DNA of 64,000 nt from an uncultured virus (IMG/VR IMGVR_UViG_3300000478_000004) (IMGVR_UViG_3300000478_000004); one strand, 5' to 3'. Shown: positions 27,416-36,283, counted from the first letter of the stretch. Notes: generated by a model not told the origin, from the letters alone. Program-made: numbers and translations.

Positions 27416-28468
27416 GTGGCACTAAAAGATTTTGATGAAACTAACCCCCGTACCCGTGACAAAAACTGGAAAGAAGACATCCCCCTCGCAGAACTCCCCA
27501 AACTGGACGAATGGTACCAGTTTCGTATAGTAAGTGGCGTGTATAGCTACGCTCAACACTGGGTAGAGTTCACGAACAAAGAAGGACAGGTTAAAAGATA
27601 TCCTGTCGACTGCGCTAATTGGGACCCGGAAAACGAGGCAACCTCCAAAAAGGGCGGTTGCCCCGCCTGTGAGGCTGGCCTGAGGGCTTCTCCGAAGTAC
27701 CTTATCAACGTCATTGACCGAAGAGCGCAAGAGAAGGGTGACGCTGACCCCGTTCGTGCTCTCGACATTCCTCCCACCGTACTACGTCAGCTTTTGGATC
27801 TGAAGAAGCTAAACGTAGTTAAGGGAGAGGCCAAGTCTATTGCTCATCCTAAGTTTGGTTGCGATGTTTTTATGCAGAAGCAGAGAACCAAAAAGAGGGG
27901 AGGAATTGAGTGGCAGGTTCAGAAGGGTGACAGATCTCCCCTTACTGAGGAGGAGACTTCCTACGAGCTTATTGCTTTTGATGAGCTTTGGGCAGAGCCT
28001 GACATCCACAAGATTCGTACTGACTTGACTCGTCACGGATATTTTGAATCCGAAGAGAAGGTACCCTCCAAGAAATCGAAGGCTAAGTCTAGGGACGAAG
28101 ATGATGACGACGATGACGATTTTGAGGCTCCCCCCAAGAAGTCAAAGTCCAAGCGTCCCTTAGATGACGATGACGATGAAGAGGAGGACACACCTCCCCC
28201 GAAGAAGTCAAAGGCCAAGCGTACTCCTGTGGAGGACGATGACGATGACTTTGAGGCTCCCCCAAAGAAGTCTAAGTCAAAGAGACCCGTAGACGATGAC
28301 GACGACTTTGAGGTCCCACCGAAGAAGTCAAAGGCCAAGCGTCCTCCTGTGGATGACGACGATGACGACGATGAAGAGGAGGACACACCTCCCCCCAAGA
28401 AGTCAAAGGCCAAGCGTCCTCCTGTGGAGGACGATGACGATGACTTTGACGACGAATTCGACGTCTGA
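27416..28468 (+). CDS. Putative single-stranded DNA-binding protein (gp32-like) with repetitive charged tail
   Basis: GTG start. HW..C..GCPACE..KYLINVIDR..HPKFGCDV core; acidic C-terminus DDDFDDEFDV; lies in the replication block. Confidence 0.65.
   Translation: MALKDFDETNPRTRDKNWKEDIPLAELPKLDEWYQFRIVSGVYSYAQHWVEFTNKEGQVKRYPVDCANWDPENEATSKKGGCPACEAGLRASPKYLINVIDRRAQEKGDADPVRALDIPPTVLRQLLDLKKLNVVKGEAKSIAHPKFGCDVFMQKQRTKKRGGIEWQVQKGDRSPLTEEETSYELIAFDELWAEPDIHKIRTDLTRHGYFESEEKVPSKKSKAKSRDEDDDDDDDFEAPPKKSKSKRPLDDDDDEEEDTPPPKKSKAKRTPVEDDDDDFEAPPKKSKSKRPVDDDDDFEVPPKKSKAKRPPVDDDDDDDEEEDTPPPKKSKAKRPPVEDDDDDFDDEFDV
28060..28465 (+). repeat. Tandem coding repeats: six KKSK[AS]K basic blocks alternating with six Asp/Glu blocks
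   Basis: Repeated gacgatgacgat.. and ..aagaagtcaaaggccaagcgt..; near-identical copies at about 28165-28255 and 28360-28449. Confidence 0.9.
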
Positions 28469-28475
28469 CACATTG

Positions 28476-28520
28476 TAAAATATACGGGGTCCTCTTTTTT
28501 AGGTGACCCCGTATATTTTA
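28476..28520 (+). terminator. 16-bp perfect stem-loop after the SSB-like gene
   Basis: taaaatatacggggtc (28476-28491) pairs with gaccccgtatatttta (28505-28520); 13-nt loop. Confidence 0.65.
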
Positions 28521-28822
28521 TGTACATTGAAGAAGAAGTAATACAAGCAATAAGACTAGGTAAACCCGTATTTTTGCTTCTATACGAGCCTGACTCCACC
28601 TTATCTCACCGTGCTATGTCTATGATGGACATACAGGAAAGCAAGATGAGATCTTACGGTTGTGAGGTTTACCGACTTCCTATCAGAGAAGATCCCATTC
28701 ATGAAGAGTTTTCTTGTGTGCGGGCTCCTCAACTTAGATTTTTCGTAAAGGGAAAGCTGGAGACAAAGATAGTAGGAGTATTCGATGACTCCTCCCTGTC
28801 TGAGTGCCTTAAGGTCATGTAA
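28520..28822 (+). CDS. Thioredoxin-fold protein lacking CxxC
   Basis: GKPVFLLLYEPDSTLS (SxxS at the CxxC position); FSCVRAPQLRFFVKGKLETKIVG matches the cis-Pro/beta-hairpin of thioredoxins. Confidence 0.6.
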   Translation: MYIEEEVIQAIRLGKPVFLLLYEPDSTLSHRAMSMMDIQESKMRSYGCEVYRLPIREDPIHEEFSCVRAPQLRFFVKGKLETKIVGVFDDSSLSECLKVM

Positions 28823-30546
28823 TGAAACTACTAGTGGTAGAGACGGAAGGAAAAGCCTCTCAGGTACTTTCTCTTTTACGGAAAATGGGAGAGGAAGACA
28901 TCCATGTAGTATCCACAAATGGAAGATACATGGACCTACCCAAGTCCAGTCTGGGTATAACCAAGAATCTTTCTTTGCACTGGAAGGTGTCTAACCCTCA
29001 AAGCTTTTCCAAGCTTAAAAGGGACATACAAAAGTCAGACGAGATAGTCAGCCTTACTGACTATTCTCCAGAAGGGGAGCTTATTTCCCTTCACCTAAAG
29101 ACAACCTCTGAGATATCTTCGAAGTCCTTTAAGAGAGCCAGGGTTTCTTGCTTGTCCGTTGACAGTCTTAGGGCAGCGATAGACTCCCCTGGCTATGATA
29201 TTAATGAGTCTCTCGCTTACTCTTTTGTTGCTAGGGACGTTGCCGATAGACTCATCAGATTTTCAGTGTCCCCTCCTGTATCTTCTATTCTTCAGCAGGA
29301 TGTGGAGCTTAGCTACTTTCTTCCTGTTCTTTCAGAAGTGGGGAGAAGGGAACGAAAGATACGAAGGTTCTCCCCTTCCTCCTCTTTCGATGTTCGTTTG
29401 CTTCTAACTGACGGTACAGTAGTATCCAAGGTGGTTTCGTCAGAGGAAGAGTCAGAAGTTCTGGCTAAAGCTGTGGAATCCTCCACCTTGGTTTACTCTA
29501 CCGCAAAAAAGGCAAGCGTTGTTCCTGGGGCCTTTACCACGCACCAGCTTTTGTCTTTTTGTTTCCGTAGATACGGAATAAATGCTTTGTCTTGTCTAGA
29601 AATTTGTTCTTCTCTCTACGCACGAGGTTTGATATCTTATCCTTTTACTGCTGAATCGTGCCTACCCGATTCTGTTGTATCCACGATACGGAGTTTCATA
29701 GGGACTCGTTTATCCTCTTCTTATCTGTCTCCTGAACCATCTTTTGTGGGGTATGGTGACTCTTTTGGTATTCATCCTACTAATTTCAACACTGAACCCT
29801 CTGGTGCATCTCTTCGTAATGTGGAGAAAGACATCTATTCAGCCATATGGTTCAGGGCAGCAGGTTCACAGGGAACAAACGCACTTTTTTCGTGCTCCTC
29901 TGTAGACGTGTGTGACGCAGAGAACAACATACTGTGCTCTAGCTCTGGTGTAACGGTTGACCAACCTGGGTGGCATCAGCTCAGCGGCAGATTGTTCGAA
30001 CCCATTCTTAGTGAGATAGACCCTGACTCCAAGTTAGAGGAGGTTTCTATTGTTCCTGTATCCACTAGGCCCCCATCTCGTCTTAATCAGAACTCTATAG
30101 TTGACTGGATGTCCGAAAACTTTTTTGGTTCACCTCACAACTACGCCTTAGCTCTCAGATGGATGTCCTCTAATGGATACGTGGAGTTTTCAGGTGGAGG
30201 CGTTGCTACACTTACGCCCAAAGGAGAGACCGTCTTGACCCTGGTCAAGAGATCCTTCCCTGACCTACTAGACCCGGACATGGCCGCACAGATAGAAGAA
30301 GACATCAAATTCGTTCTTGAGGGACGAGACATATCCGAATTCATAAGGGAATACATTGGAATTACTGACTCCATGGTTTCTTCTTGTAAGGTGAAGAAGC
30401 TTAGACCTAAATTTTTGTCTCCATCGTCATCAAAACTTCAAGTATTTTTGTCTAAGTCCGGCAGGCCTTACGCGCAAGATTCTTCTGGATGGACCTGCTA
30501 CGTATCATTTGACGAAAAGGGACAAATGATAAAGGAAATAGAATGA
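28822..30546 (+). CDS. topA: Type IA topoisomerase homologue with eroded catalytic motifs
   Basis: MKLLVVETEGKA, STNGRYMDLPK, TDYSPEGELI, ARDVADRLI, LYARGLISYPFT, GIHPT, TRPPSR, LTPKGE. Confidence 0.8.
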   Translation: MKLLVVETEGKASQVLSLLRKMGEEDIHVVSTNGRYMDLPKSSLGITKNLSLHWKVSNPQSFSKLKRDIQKSDEIVSLTDYSPEGELISLHLKTTSEISSKSFKRARVSCLSVDSLRAAIDSPGYDINESLAYSFVARDVADRLIRFSVSPPVSSILQQDVELSYFLPVLSEVGRRERKIRRFSPSSSFDVRLLLTDGTVVSKVVSSEEESEVLAKAVESSTLVYSTAKKASVVPGAFTTHQLLSFCFRRYGINALSCLEICSSLYARGLISYPFTAESCLPDSVVSTIRSFIGTRLSSSYLSPEPSFVGYGDSFGIHPTNFNTEPSGASLRNVEKDIYSAIWFRAAGSQGTNALFSCSSVDVCDAENNILCSSSGVTVDQPGWHQLSGRLFEPILSEIDPDSKLEEVSIVPVSTRPPSRLNQNSIVDWMSENFFGSPHNYALALRWMSSNGYVEFSGGGVATLTPKGETVLTLVKRSFPDLLDPDMAAQIEEDIKFVLEGRDISEFIREYIGITDSMVSSCKVKKLRPKFLSPSSSKLQVFLSKSGRPYAQDSSGWTCYVSFDEKGQMIKEIE

Positions 30547-30878
30547 AACGATTCTTGGGACGACTCCTAGATTCCTTGGTCCAAGAGAAGAGGCTTGTCA
30601 AATTCTCTAACAGGTGGCTAGAGCTTCAGGGACAAAAGCCAGAGCCTGCAAACATATTCTTTTGTAACGTGAACTCGTCCGAGATACAGTTCCTGTTTGG
30701 ACTTAGTAACCCTATTACGGATATCGTCACTGTCTCTTCTATGATATTGCTTTCCCCTAAGAAGTTGGTCGAGCTTAGGGACATGTTAAACACAGTAATA
30801 GTCCAATACGAATCTAAATTTGGTCCTATTACTGAACCACCCGTTGACCCGTCTACTACCCCACCCATCGTACACTAA
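30543..30878 (+). CDS. DUF3467-like protein (putative)
   Basis: ANIFFCNVNSSEIQFLFG..ILLSPKKLVELRDMLNTVIVQYESKFGPI resembles DUF3467. Confidence 0.55.
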   Translation: MKRFLGRLLDSLVQEKRLVKFSNRWLELQGQKPEPANIFFCNVNSSEIQFLFGLSNPITDIVTVSSMILLSPKKLVELRDMLNTVIVQYESKFGPITEPPVDPSTTPPIVH

Positions 30879-30892
30879 TACAGGAACATATC

Positions 30893-32167
30893 ATGGCCAA
30901 GAAAAAACCCGTCGAAAAGAACTACTTTACATCCATTGAAGACCTCGCAGAAAGAGTAAACCAGATTGGACTGGACCTGGACAACGCTCCCGTTTCGCTA
31001 GACCGTGGATCCTATGTGCAAGGTGCCATAAGCTTTGGTTCCTTGATTTTGGACCTTCTTACTGGTGGGGGACTTCCTCCCGGCAAGATATCCAAAGCGT
31101 ACGGACCAGAAGGCAGCGGAAAGTCTACTACTGCCGGTCACCTTATTGCAAACGCAACGCGTAGTAAGGTACCTGTGTTTTTCTTCGACCATGAAACTGC
31201 CTCGGACGCAAAGTACTTCCATGCATTGGGTGTTCGGATGCGTCTGTCAGACGGTAGTAGGAATCCTTACTTTTACTACTATCAGCCGTCCACTGCAGAG
31301 CAAACGTACAGGACAATAGCCCGGATCCTAAGATCTTTTCCTGACTACACACCTGCCGAGGACGGTGGGCGGCCCAAACCACAAGCGTTGTGTGTCATTG
31401 ACTCCGTGGCTTCCATGCTCCCAGAGTCTATAGAAGAGGACGACGAAAACGTTCGTATGGCTGCCGCCGCAGCTGTACATTCTATGTATCTTCCTCTGAT
31501 AAAGTCCAAGCTCGGACGTAAGAATGTAAGTCTATTTGCTACTAACCAGATTCGTCTTAATCCAGGGCAGATGTTCGGGTCCCCTGAGTACGAGCCAGGA
31601 GGCCAGGCTTGGAAGTTTTATCCGGATTTGAACTTCAGGATGAGTGCTGTACAAAAGGCTTTCGTAGAGAGAAATCGTTCTATGAGGTTCGTGAACATAT
31701 CTACGAAGAAGAACAAGCAATTCCCTCCATTCCTTGAGTGTAAGGAACAGCTTTCTGTGGCGTTCGGCCGGGGATTCGAGCGTGGGAGAGATAGTCTTGG
31801 GTATCTTGAGCTGACCGGGCAAATACAGAAATCTGGAAACAGGAAAATGATCACTCTTCAGGTGGAAGAGGAGTATGAGTGGAACAACAAGCCCGTATTC
31901 ACTGAAGACTTGTATACAATTCTATGCTCTAATGAATTTCGTGCTGCGTGTCGGTCTCAACTGGAGTCAGATGTAGCATACACTTTGTACTTCAAGGCAA
32001 ATGACTGGGACAACGTTTACGACTTTGACGAAGAGGCTGCTTTTGACTCTCCTGATGAACTCGTTTCTCCTGTTGTTGCGGAAGAAGTAGTGGAAGAGGA
32101 GCCTACACCCAAGAAAAGGAAGAAGAAGAGGGAGTCGGCAGAGGTAGAGGAAGTCAACTTAGGGTGA
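30893..32167 (+). CDS. recA: RecA/UvsX-like recombinase
   Basis: SFGSLILDLLTGGGLPPG, Walker A GPEGSGKST, FFDHE, Walker B VIDSVA, TNQIR, PGGQAWKFY, KKNK. Confidence 0.9.
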   Translation: MAKKKPVEKNYFTSIEDLAERVNQIGLDLDNAPVSLDRGSYVQGAISFGSLILDLLTGGGLPPGKISKAYGPEGSGKSTTAGHLIANATRSKVPVFFFDHETASDAKYFHALGVRMRLSDGSRNPYFYYYQPSTAEQTYRTIARILRSFPDYTPAEDGGRPKPQALCVIDSVASMLPESIEEDDENVRMAAAAAVHSMYLPLIKSKLGRKNVSLFATNQIRLNPGQMFGSPEYEPGGQAWKFYPDLNFRMSAVQKAFVERNRSMRFVNISTKKNKQFPPFLECKEQLSVAFGRGFERGRDSLGYLELTGQIQKSGNRKMITLQVEEEYEWNNKPVFTEDLYTILCSNEFRAACRSQLESDVAYTLYFKANDWDNVYDFDEEAAFDSPDELVSPVVAEEVVEEEPTPKKRKKKRESAEVEEVNLG

Positions 32168-32191
32168 TCTTGGCCTGTAAAAGTTCGTGTG

Positions 32192-32698
32192 ATGGAGACA
32201 AAGCCCATTGAATCTCGTCACATGAGCCGATTTACTCTAACCGATAACCTCGTTGTGTCTCTTGATGGGTCCTTAGTGGACTATCAAGAGACACGTTTTA
32301 GGGTACTTTCTCATCGCTTCATGTGTACACTCAAACCCCTGGCGTCGTCCTTGTCCAAGGACCTTGGTGTAGGGCTGTCTTCCATCGCTTCTTTGTCCTT
32401 GGAATCTGACTCCTCCTTGGATTCCAACACTTATTGTGTTTTCGATTTCTTAGACCTCTCTTCTCGTAAGAGAAAGGGAATCATAAGAGCCTCTTGGGTT
32501 CCGTTAGCTGTATTTCATAATAGAGATAGGGTTCTTAGCATCCATGCCTCCTACAACGAGAAGGGCCCCTCTTTGAGTAGTGTATGCCTAGTCTCGGCTT
32601 CTGGTGAGGAGGTCAAGTCTTCATGTACATCCACCACCTCAGCCCTGAAGGTTTCTCGGAGCCACCTCAGTAGGCGATTTCCTTCCCTTTACTATTGA
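32192..32698 (+). CDS. Hypothetical protein
   Basis: About 168 aa Ser-rich ORF in operon context. Confidence 0.5.
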   Translation: METKPIESRHMSRFTLTDNLVVSLDGSLVDYQETRFRVLSHRFMCTLKPLASSLSKDLGVGLSSIASLSLESDSSLDSNTYCVFDFLDLSSRKRKGIIRASWVPLAVFHNRDRVLSIHASYNEKGPSLSSVCLVSASGEEVKSSCTSTTSALKVSRSHLSRRFPSLYY

Positions 32699-32705
32699 GC
32701 TTTTT

Positions 32706-33338
32706 ATGTCACATGAGAGACCCGCGCCTCCATCAGAGAATTCTGTACTTGACATGCTTACCGCTGGTAGGCTTGCCAAGGATCCCTCCGCAAAGATAGA
32801 CAAGGTAATCTATGATCCGTCTACGAATCAACCCGTTCAGATGGGTAATACCGACCCCAACGTCATTGGACCAGACGACCATGTGGAGTACTCATACAGA
32901 CCAGATTCTGCCTATCCGGACGTTCCGACTCAAGTAAAAGATGCTGAAGTAAAGTTCATACTCCCGTTAGCACAGCTTCTTGCCAATACAATAGGCATTG
33001 CCGTGATAGACGAGACTATGTATGAGAAAATAATTCAACCTCTTAGGTCTCGTAGTTTGTTTGTCGTACTCAACCTTCATAAGGTAAAGGTTCACGACGG
33101 AATTGCCAGCTGGTATGGTCTAGTCCTTATGTGCAAGCGACACTTCCTTACCTTTGTGAGGTTCAAGACACGTCTGTCCACTGGACAAATCATTATAGAC
33201 GAGATTAGACTTTGGAGAAAGAATGGAGAGACCTACGTAAGGCATGCCCCTCCCAATGGTAAGTTCTTTTCACGCGAGGAAGCGTCAGTACTGATACTAA
33301 ACTACCTTCGAGACGAAGGTGTACTTCCTAACATATGA
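32706..33338 (+). CDS. Hypothetical protein
   Basis: 210 aa ORF with ATGA overlap to the next gene. Confidence 0.6.
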   Translation: MSHERPAPPSENSVLDMLTAGRLAKDPSAKIDKVIYDPSTNQPVQMGNTDPNVIGPDDHVEYSYRPDSAYPDVPTQVKDAEVKFILPLAQLLANTIGIAVIDETMYEKIIQPLRSRSLFVVLNLHKVKVHDGIASWYGLVLMCKRHFLTFVRFKTRLSTGQIIIDEIRLWRKNGETYVRHAPPNGKFFSREEASVLILNYLRDEGVLPNI

Positions 33339-34378
33339 AGTTTCTTCACACAGCGGACTGGCATATAGGTGTCAATAACTCGCTTCCTGGGTACTTTAGA
33401 CGACAGGAGGAGATGATAGACTCTATATTCGACATCGCTTACGACAACGACATTGACGTAGTAGTAGTAGCCGGGGACATTTTCGATAACCCACACACCG
33501 CCACACAAGAGGACAGAGAGCTTCTATGCAAGAAGCTACTGGAATATGACGCTGCTGGTTTCCACATCTTGATGATACCAGGAAATCACGATCGTGTAGA
33601 TGCTACGGGATATACTGCCTTGCATTACCTAGCGCTTTTGTCTGCTATGGGTCGTATGTCTAATTCTGTAGTTACGGAGCATACCCAATTTGTGCAGGTT
33701 CGTGACACTGTTTTTTGCTTACTGTGCCACTCTAAACATGGGTTTCGTGAGGAAGCAAAAAATGCCGTGGAGGGTTTTATGAGTTCTTCTCTAAAGGTTC
33801 CCCACAACAGCTTCGTTATGGTATGTCACGAGACTATAAGGGGCTCTGCTACTGACATTAAGTTGAAGAATGGTGATGTCTACAAGTTAGACTCGGGAGA
33901 GGAGCCTCCTGACACAGCTCTTCCTGTAACCTATTGGGCTTTGGGTGACATACACAAACCACAAGAAGTGTCGCCTACCGCCTATTACTCTGGAAGTCCT
34001 GTGCAGACTAGGTTTAGCGATGGGTGGCCTCGTGGTGTGCTTATTGTGGACACAGAGGAGCCCACTTCCCCTCGATTTGTTCCTGTTCCTTCTAATCAGC
34101 TAGTTGTGGCGAAGAAGGGCGACGAAGTTCCGCCTAATTCCTACGTCAAATGGGTGTTTTCTTCTCGGGACGACGTTCCCAAAGAACTACCGAGCAACGT
34201 GGTTAAGGTCCAGTTTGTACAAGAGGAGGAGTCTAACTCTTCTCTCACCCTAGATGTAAGTTCTTCTTTGCGTGATAGGTTACTTGACGGTATCAGATCC
34301 AAAGGCGCAACGGAGGAAGATATGATTCTTGCCGTTCCAGAAGTAGACCACATTCTTTCTATGGTATCCGATGTCTGA
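33335..34378 (+). CDS. sbcD: SbcD/Mre11-family metallophosphoesterase nuclease
   Basis: HTADWHIG, AGDIFD, PGNHD, WALGDIH, YSGSP. Confidence 0.88.
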   Translation: MKFLHTADWHIGVNNSLPGYFRRQEEMIDSIFDIAYDNDIDVVVVAGDIFDNPHTATQEDRELLCKKLLEYDAAGFHILMIPGNHDRVDATGYTALHYLALLSAMGRMSNSVVTEHTQFVQVRDTVFCLLCHSKHGFREEAKNAVEGFMSSSLKVPHNSFVMVCHETIRGSATDIKLKNGDVYKLDSGEEPPDTALPVTYWALGDIHKPQEVSPTAYYSGSPVQTRFSDGWPRGVLIVDTEEPTSPRFVPVPSNQLVVAKKGDEVPPNSYVKWVFSSRDDVPKELPSNVVKVQFVQEEESNSSLTLDVSSSLRDRLLDGIRSKGATEEDMILAVPEVDHILSMVSDV

Positions 34379-34652
34379 CTACACTTCCGTATGGTCTACG
34401 CTGCAGACCCACCATGTACTTCTTTTGGTGGACACACATTCAGACCCCTCAAAGCCTGAGGATGGGTACGACGTGGAGTACTTCGAGTCTAAAGTCGAGG
34501 AAATTTACGAATGGTTTTCTCGCATAATAAAGGACAGAGTCAGTGCAGTTGACTTCGTCATGCAGAATAACGCCTGGTTGTTGATACGGCCACTTGTTCC
34601 TGCTCCTGTTATGCCTACGAAACAGAACATGAAGATTATGGTGCTTAGATGA
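34371..34652 (+). CDS. Hypothetical protein
   Basis: 93 aa ORF overlapping both neighbours. Confidence 0.5.
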   Translation: MSDYTSVWSTLQTHHVLLLVDTHSDPSKPEDGYDVEYFESKVEEIYEWFSRIIKDRVSAVDFVMQNNAWLLIRPLVPAPVMPTKQNMKIMVLR

Positions 34653-35221
34653 CTATAGAAGACGACATAGGTTTGTGGCAAGCTAGATCCGAAGGGTATA
34701 GAGCGGAGCCAGTTATACAAAGTGCCATACGTTCCTCCTGCAAGAGGAATATGAAGCCGGATACTAGTCTCATAACAGAACTTCACTCTTACTTCCCTTT
34801 TTTGAGGGAGAAGGAAGAATCCTCAAGGACCATAAGGGGACCCGCAGACCTAAACAGAGGTCTTTCAGTTGCTGCAGAGCTACAGGCCATAAAAGACAGA
34901 ACAGCTGAGTTGATTCTCTCCTACGACAACATGAGAGGAAGGCTGGAGAGACTTCATGATGTAGTTAAGTCCACACTCTTCTTGAAAAAAGAAGTCATTC
35001 TTTTGAAGAATGACGCCCAGAGAAATGCTGTCGTGTCTATCACCTGTCCTGAAATAGAGGATAGACTTTCTGCTGTAAAAAGGATTCTCTCTGCGGCCGA
35101 GACTGTGTCAAAGAACGTGAACCAAAGCTTCAACATACTCAAGTTACAAGTTGATATAGTCAAAGAGATGATGTATGAGGGTGGTCTTACCAAAGCTCTG
35201 AAGAATGGTAATAGGTCATGA
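34649..35221 (+). CDS. Helical protein, possibly a UvsY-like recombination mediator
   Basis: 190 aa coiled-coil pattern near recA and sbcD; function is weak inference. Confidence 0.4.
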   Translation: MTIEDDIGLWQARSEGYRAEPVIQSAIRSSCKRNMKPDTSLITELHSYFPFLREKEESSRTIRGPADLNRGLSVAAELQAIKDRTAELILSYDNMRGRLERLHDVVKSTLFLKKEVILLKNDAQRNAVVSITCPEIEDRLSAVKRILSAAETVSKNVNQSFNILKLQVDIVKEMMYEGGLTKALKNGNRS

Positions 35222-35664
35222 CAGAAGATAAGGACCCAGAAATCCAGGAATCCGATGTAAACGAGTCAGAGGACGAAGACCTTCTTGCAGACGAGTTTGA
35301 GGAATTCTCTGCCGACGATATGCTTGACTTGGCAGGTAAGTTATTCGACGTAGATTCTAAAGAGTATAATTCACACTCTGACGTCCTGTTTTCTGCCCTT
35401 AGGTCCAGGTTTATACGAAGTGTAGCTTACTATAAAGCGGTATCCCTGGCTACGGCTAAGCTATCTGAACTGGCAAACGACATAGGAGACCCCTCCGCTA
35501 TTAGAATAGAGCACAAAGATCTGGATGTTCTCCTGTCAAAATTGGAAGAAGTCGTCTTTGTACGTAAAATGGGAGAGTACATTGGTATACCTGATTATGA
35601 CTTGGACCTTATAGTAAGGAACGTTATCAATAAAGAATTTCCTTCTGGCTCTAAGGGGAATTGA
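35218..35664 (+). CDS. Hypothetical protein with acidic N-terminus
   Basis: 148 aa ORF, ATGA-coupled. Confidence 0.55.
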   Translation: MTEDKDPEIQESDVNESEDEDLLADEFEEFSADDMLDLAGKLFDVDSKEYNSHSDVLFSALRSRFIRSVAYYKAVSLATAKLSELANDIGDPSAIRIEHKDLDVLLSKLEEVVFVRKMGEYIGIPDYDLDLIVRNVINKEFPSGSKGN

Positions 35665-35665
35665 T

Positions 35666-36259
35666 ATGCCTTTTACTGACGACAAGTTGGTGGTGTATCT
35701 TGGTTATCCCGCCGAGGTTTCTGACATACCAAAATGGATGTCCTCTCTCCTTCGTTCTGAGATGGACAACGCCGCTGAATCCCCCTTCAGGTTTTATCTG
35801 TCTGGTGGTTCTGTGACTCCTGAGCTTTTGTCTCTGTTGGAACAAAGGGGTACTGTCTCTGACCAGGCTCAGGCCATGTCTATCCGAATGTCTCGCGGGT
35901 TCCCGTCCAGGCTGATAGATGCTCTGCTATCTCCAGATATTACCAAAATAGTAGACATGGCCCAAAAGAACCCTAATTCTGTTGAGTTCAGGGTTCTTTT
36001 GGACCTTTACGTCCTATCACGTTCTGACGTATACTTGGTGGACTGCAATTTGTTAGGCGGAGGTAGGTGTGGCATGGAGGTGGTTTATTCTCACGATACT
36101 ATAGCCACACTTGGTGTGGTAGACTCTTCCTCTGTGGACCCTTGGTATCACTATCACATCGACCTCATGTTAAAGAGTCAGATGGTATCCTCTTACCTTA
36201 ATTTGGTTCGAGAGAACGTACTTTCTTCGCGCCTTTCTTTGTCAAAAAGCACGGAATGA
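35666..36259 (+). CDS. Nucleoside 2-deoxyribosyltransferase-like fold protein (putative)
   Basis: VYLGYP..DLYVLSRSDVYLVD..GRCGMEVVYS..PW resembles the NDT / nucleotide N-hydrolase pattern including the Glu. Confidence 0.45.
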   Translation: MPFTDDKLVVYLGYPAEVSDIPKWMSSLLRSEMDNAAESPFRFYLSGGSVTPELLSLLEQRGTVSDQAQAMSIRMSRGFPSRLIDALLSPDITKIVDMAQKNPNSVEFRVLLDLYVLSRSDVYLVDCNLLGGGRCGMEVVYSHDTIATLGVVDSSSVDPWYHYHIDLMLKSQMVSSYLNLVRENVLSSRLSLSKSTE

Positions 36260-36283
36260 CTTATATTTTGATGAAGTATTGGT

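Noticed and set aside
28060..28465. Possible CRISPR array near a Cas4-like gene
   Set aside because: The repeats are in-frame coding, degenerate and lack unique spacers; no cas1/cas2 and no array elsewhere in the window.
28033..28599. 188-aa minus-strand poly-Ser repeat ORF
   Set aside because: It is the reverse complement of the Asp/Lys repeat in the SSB-like tail.
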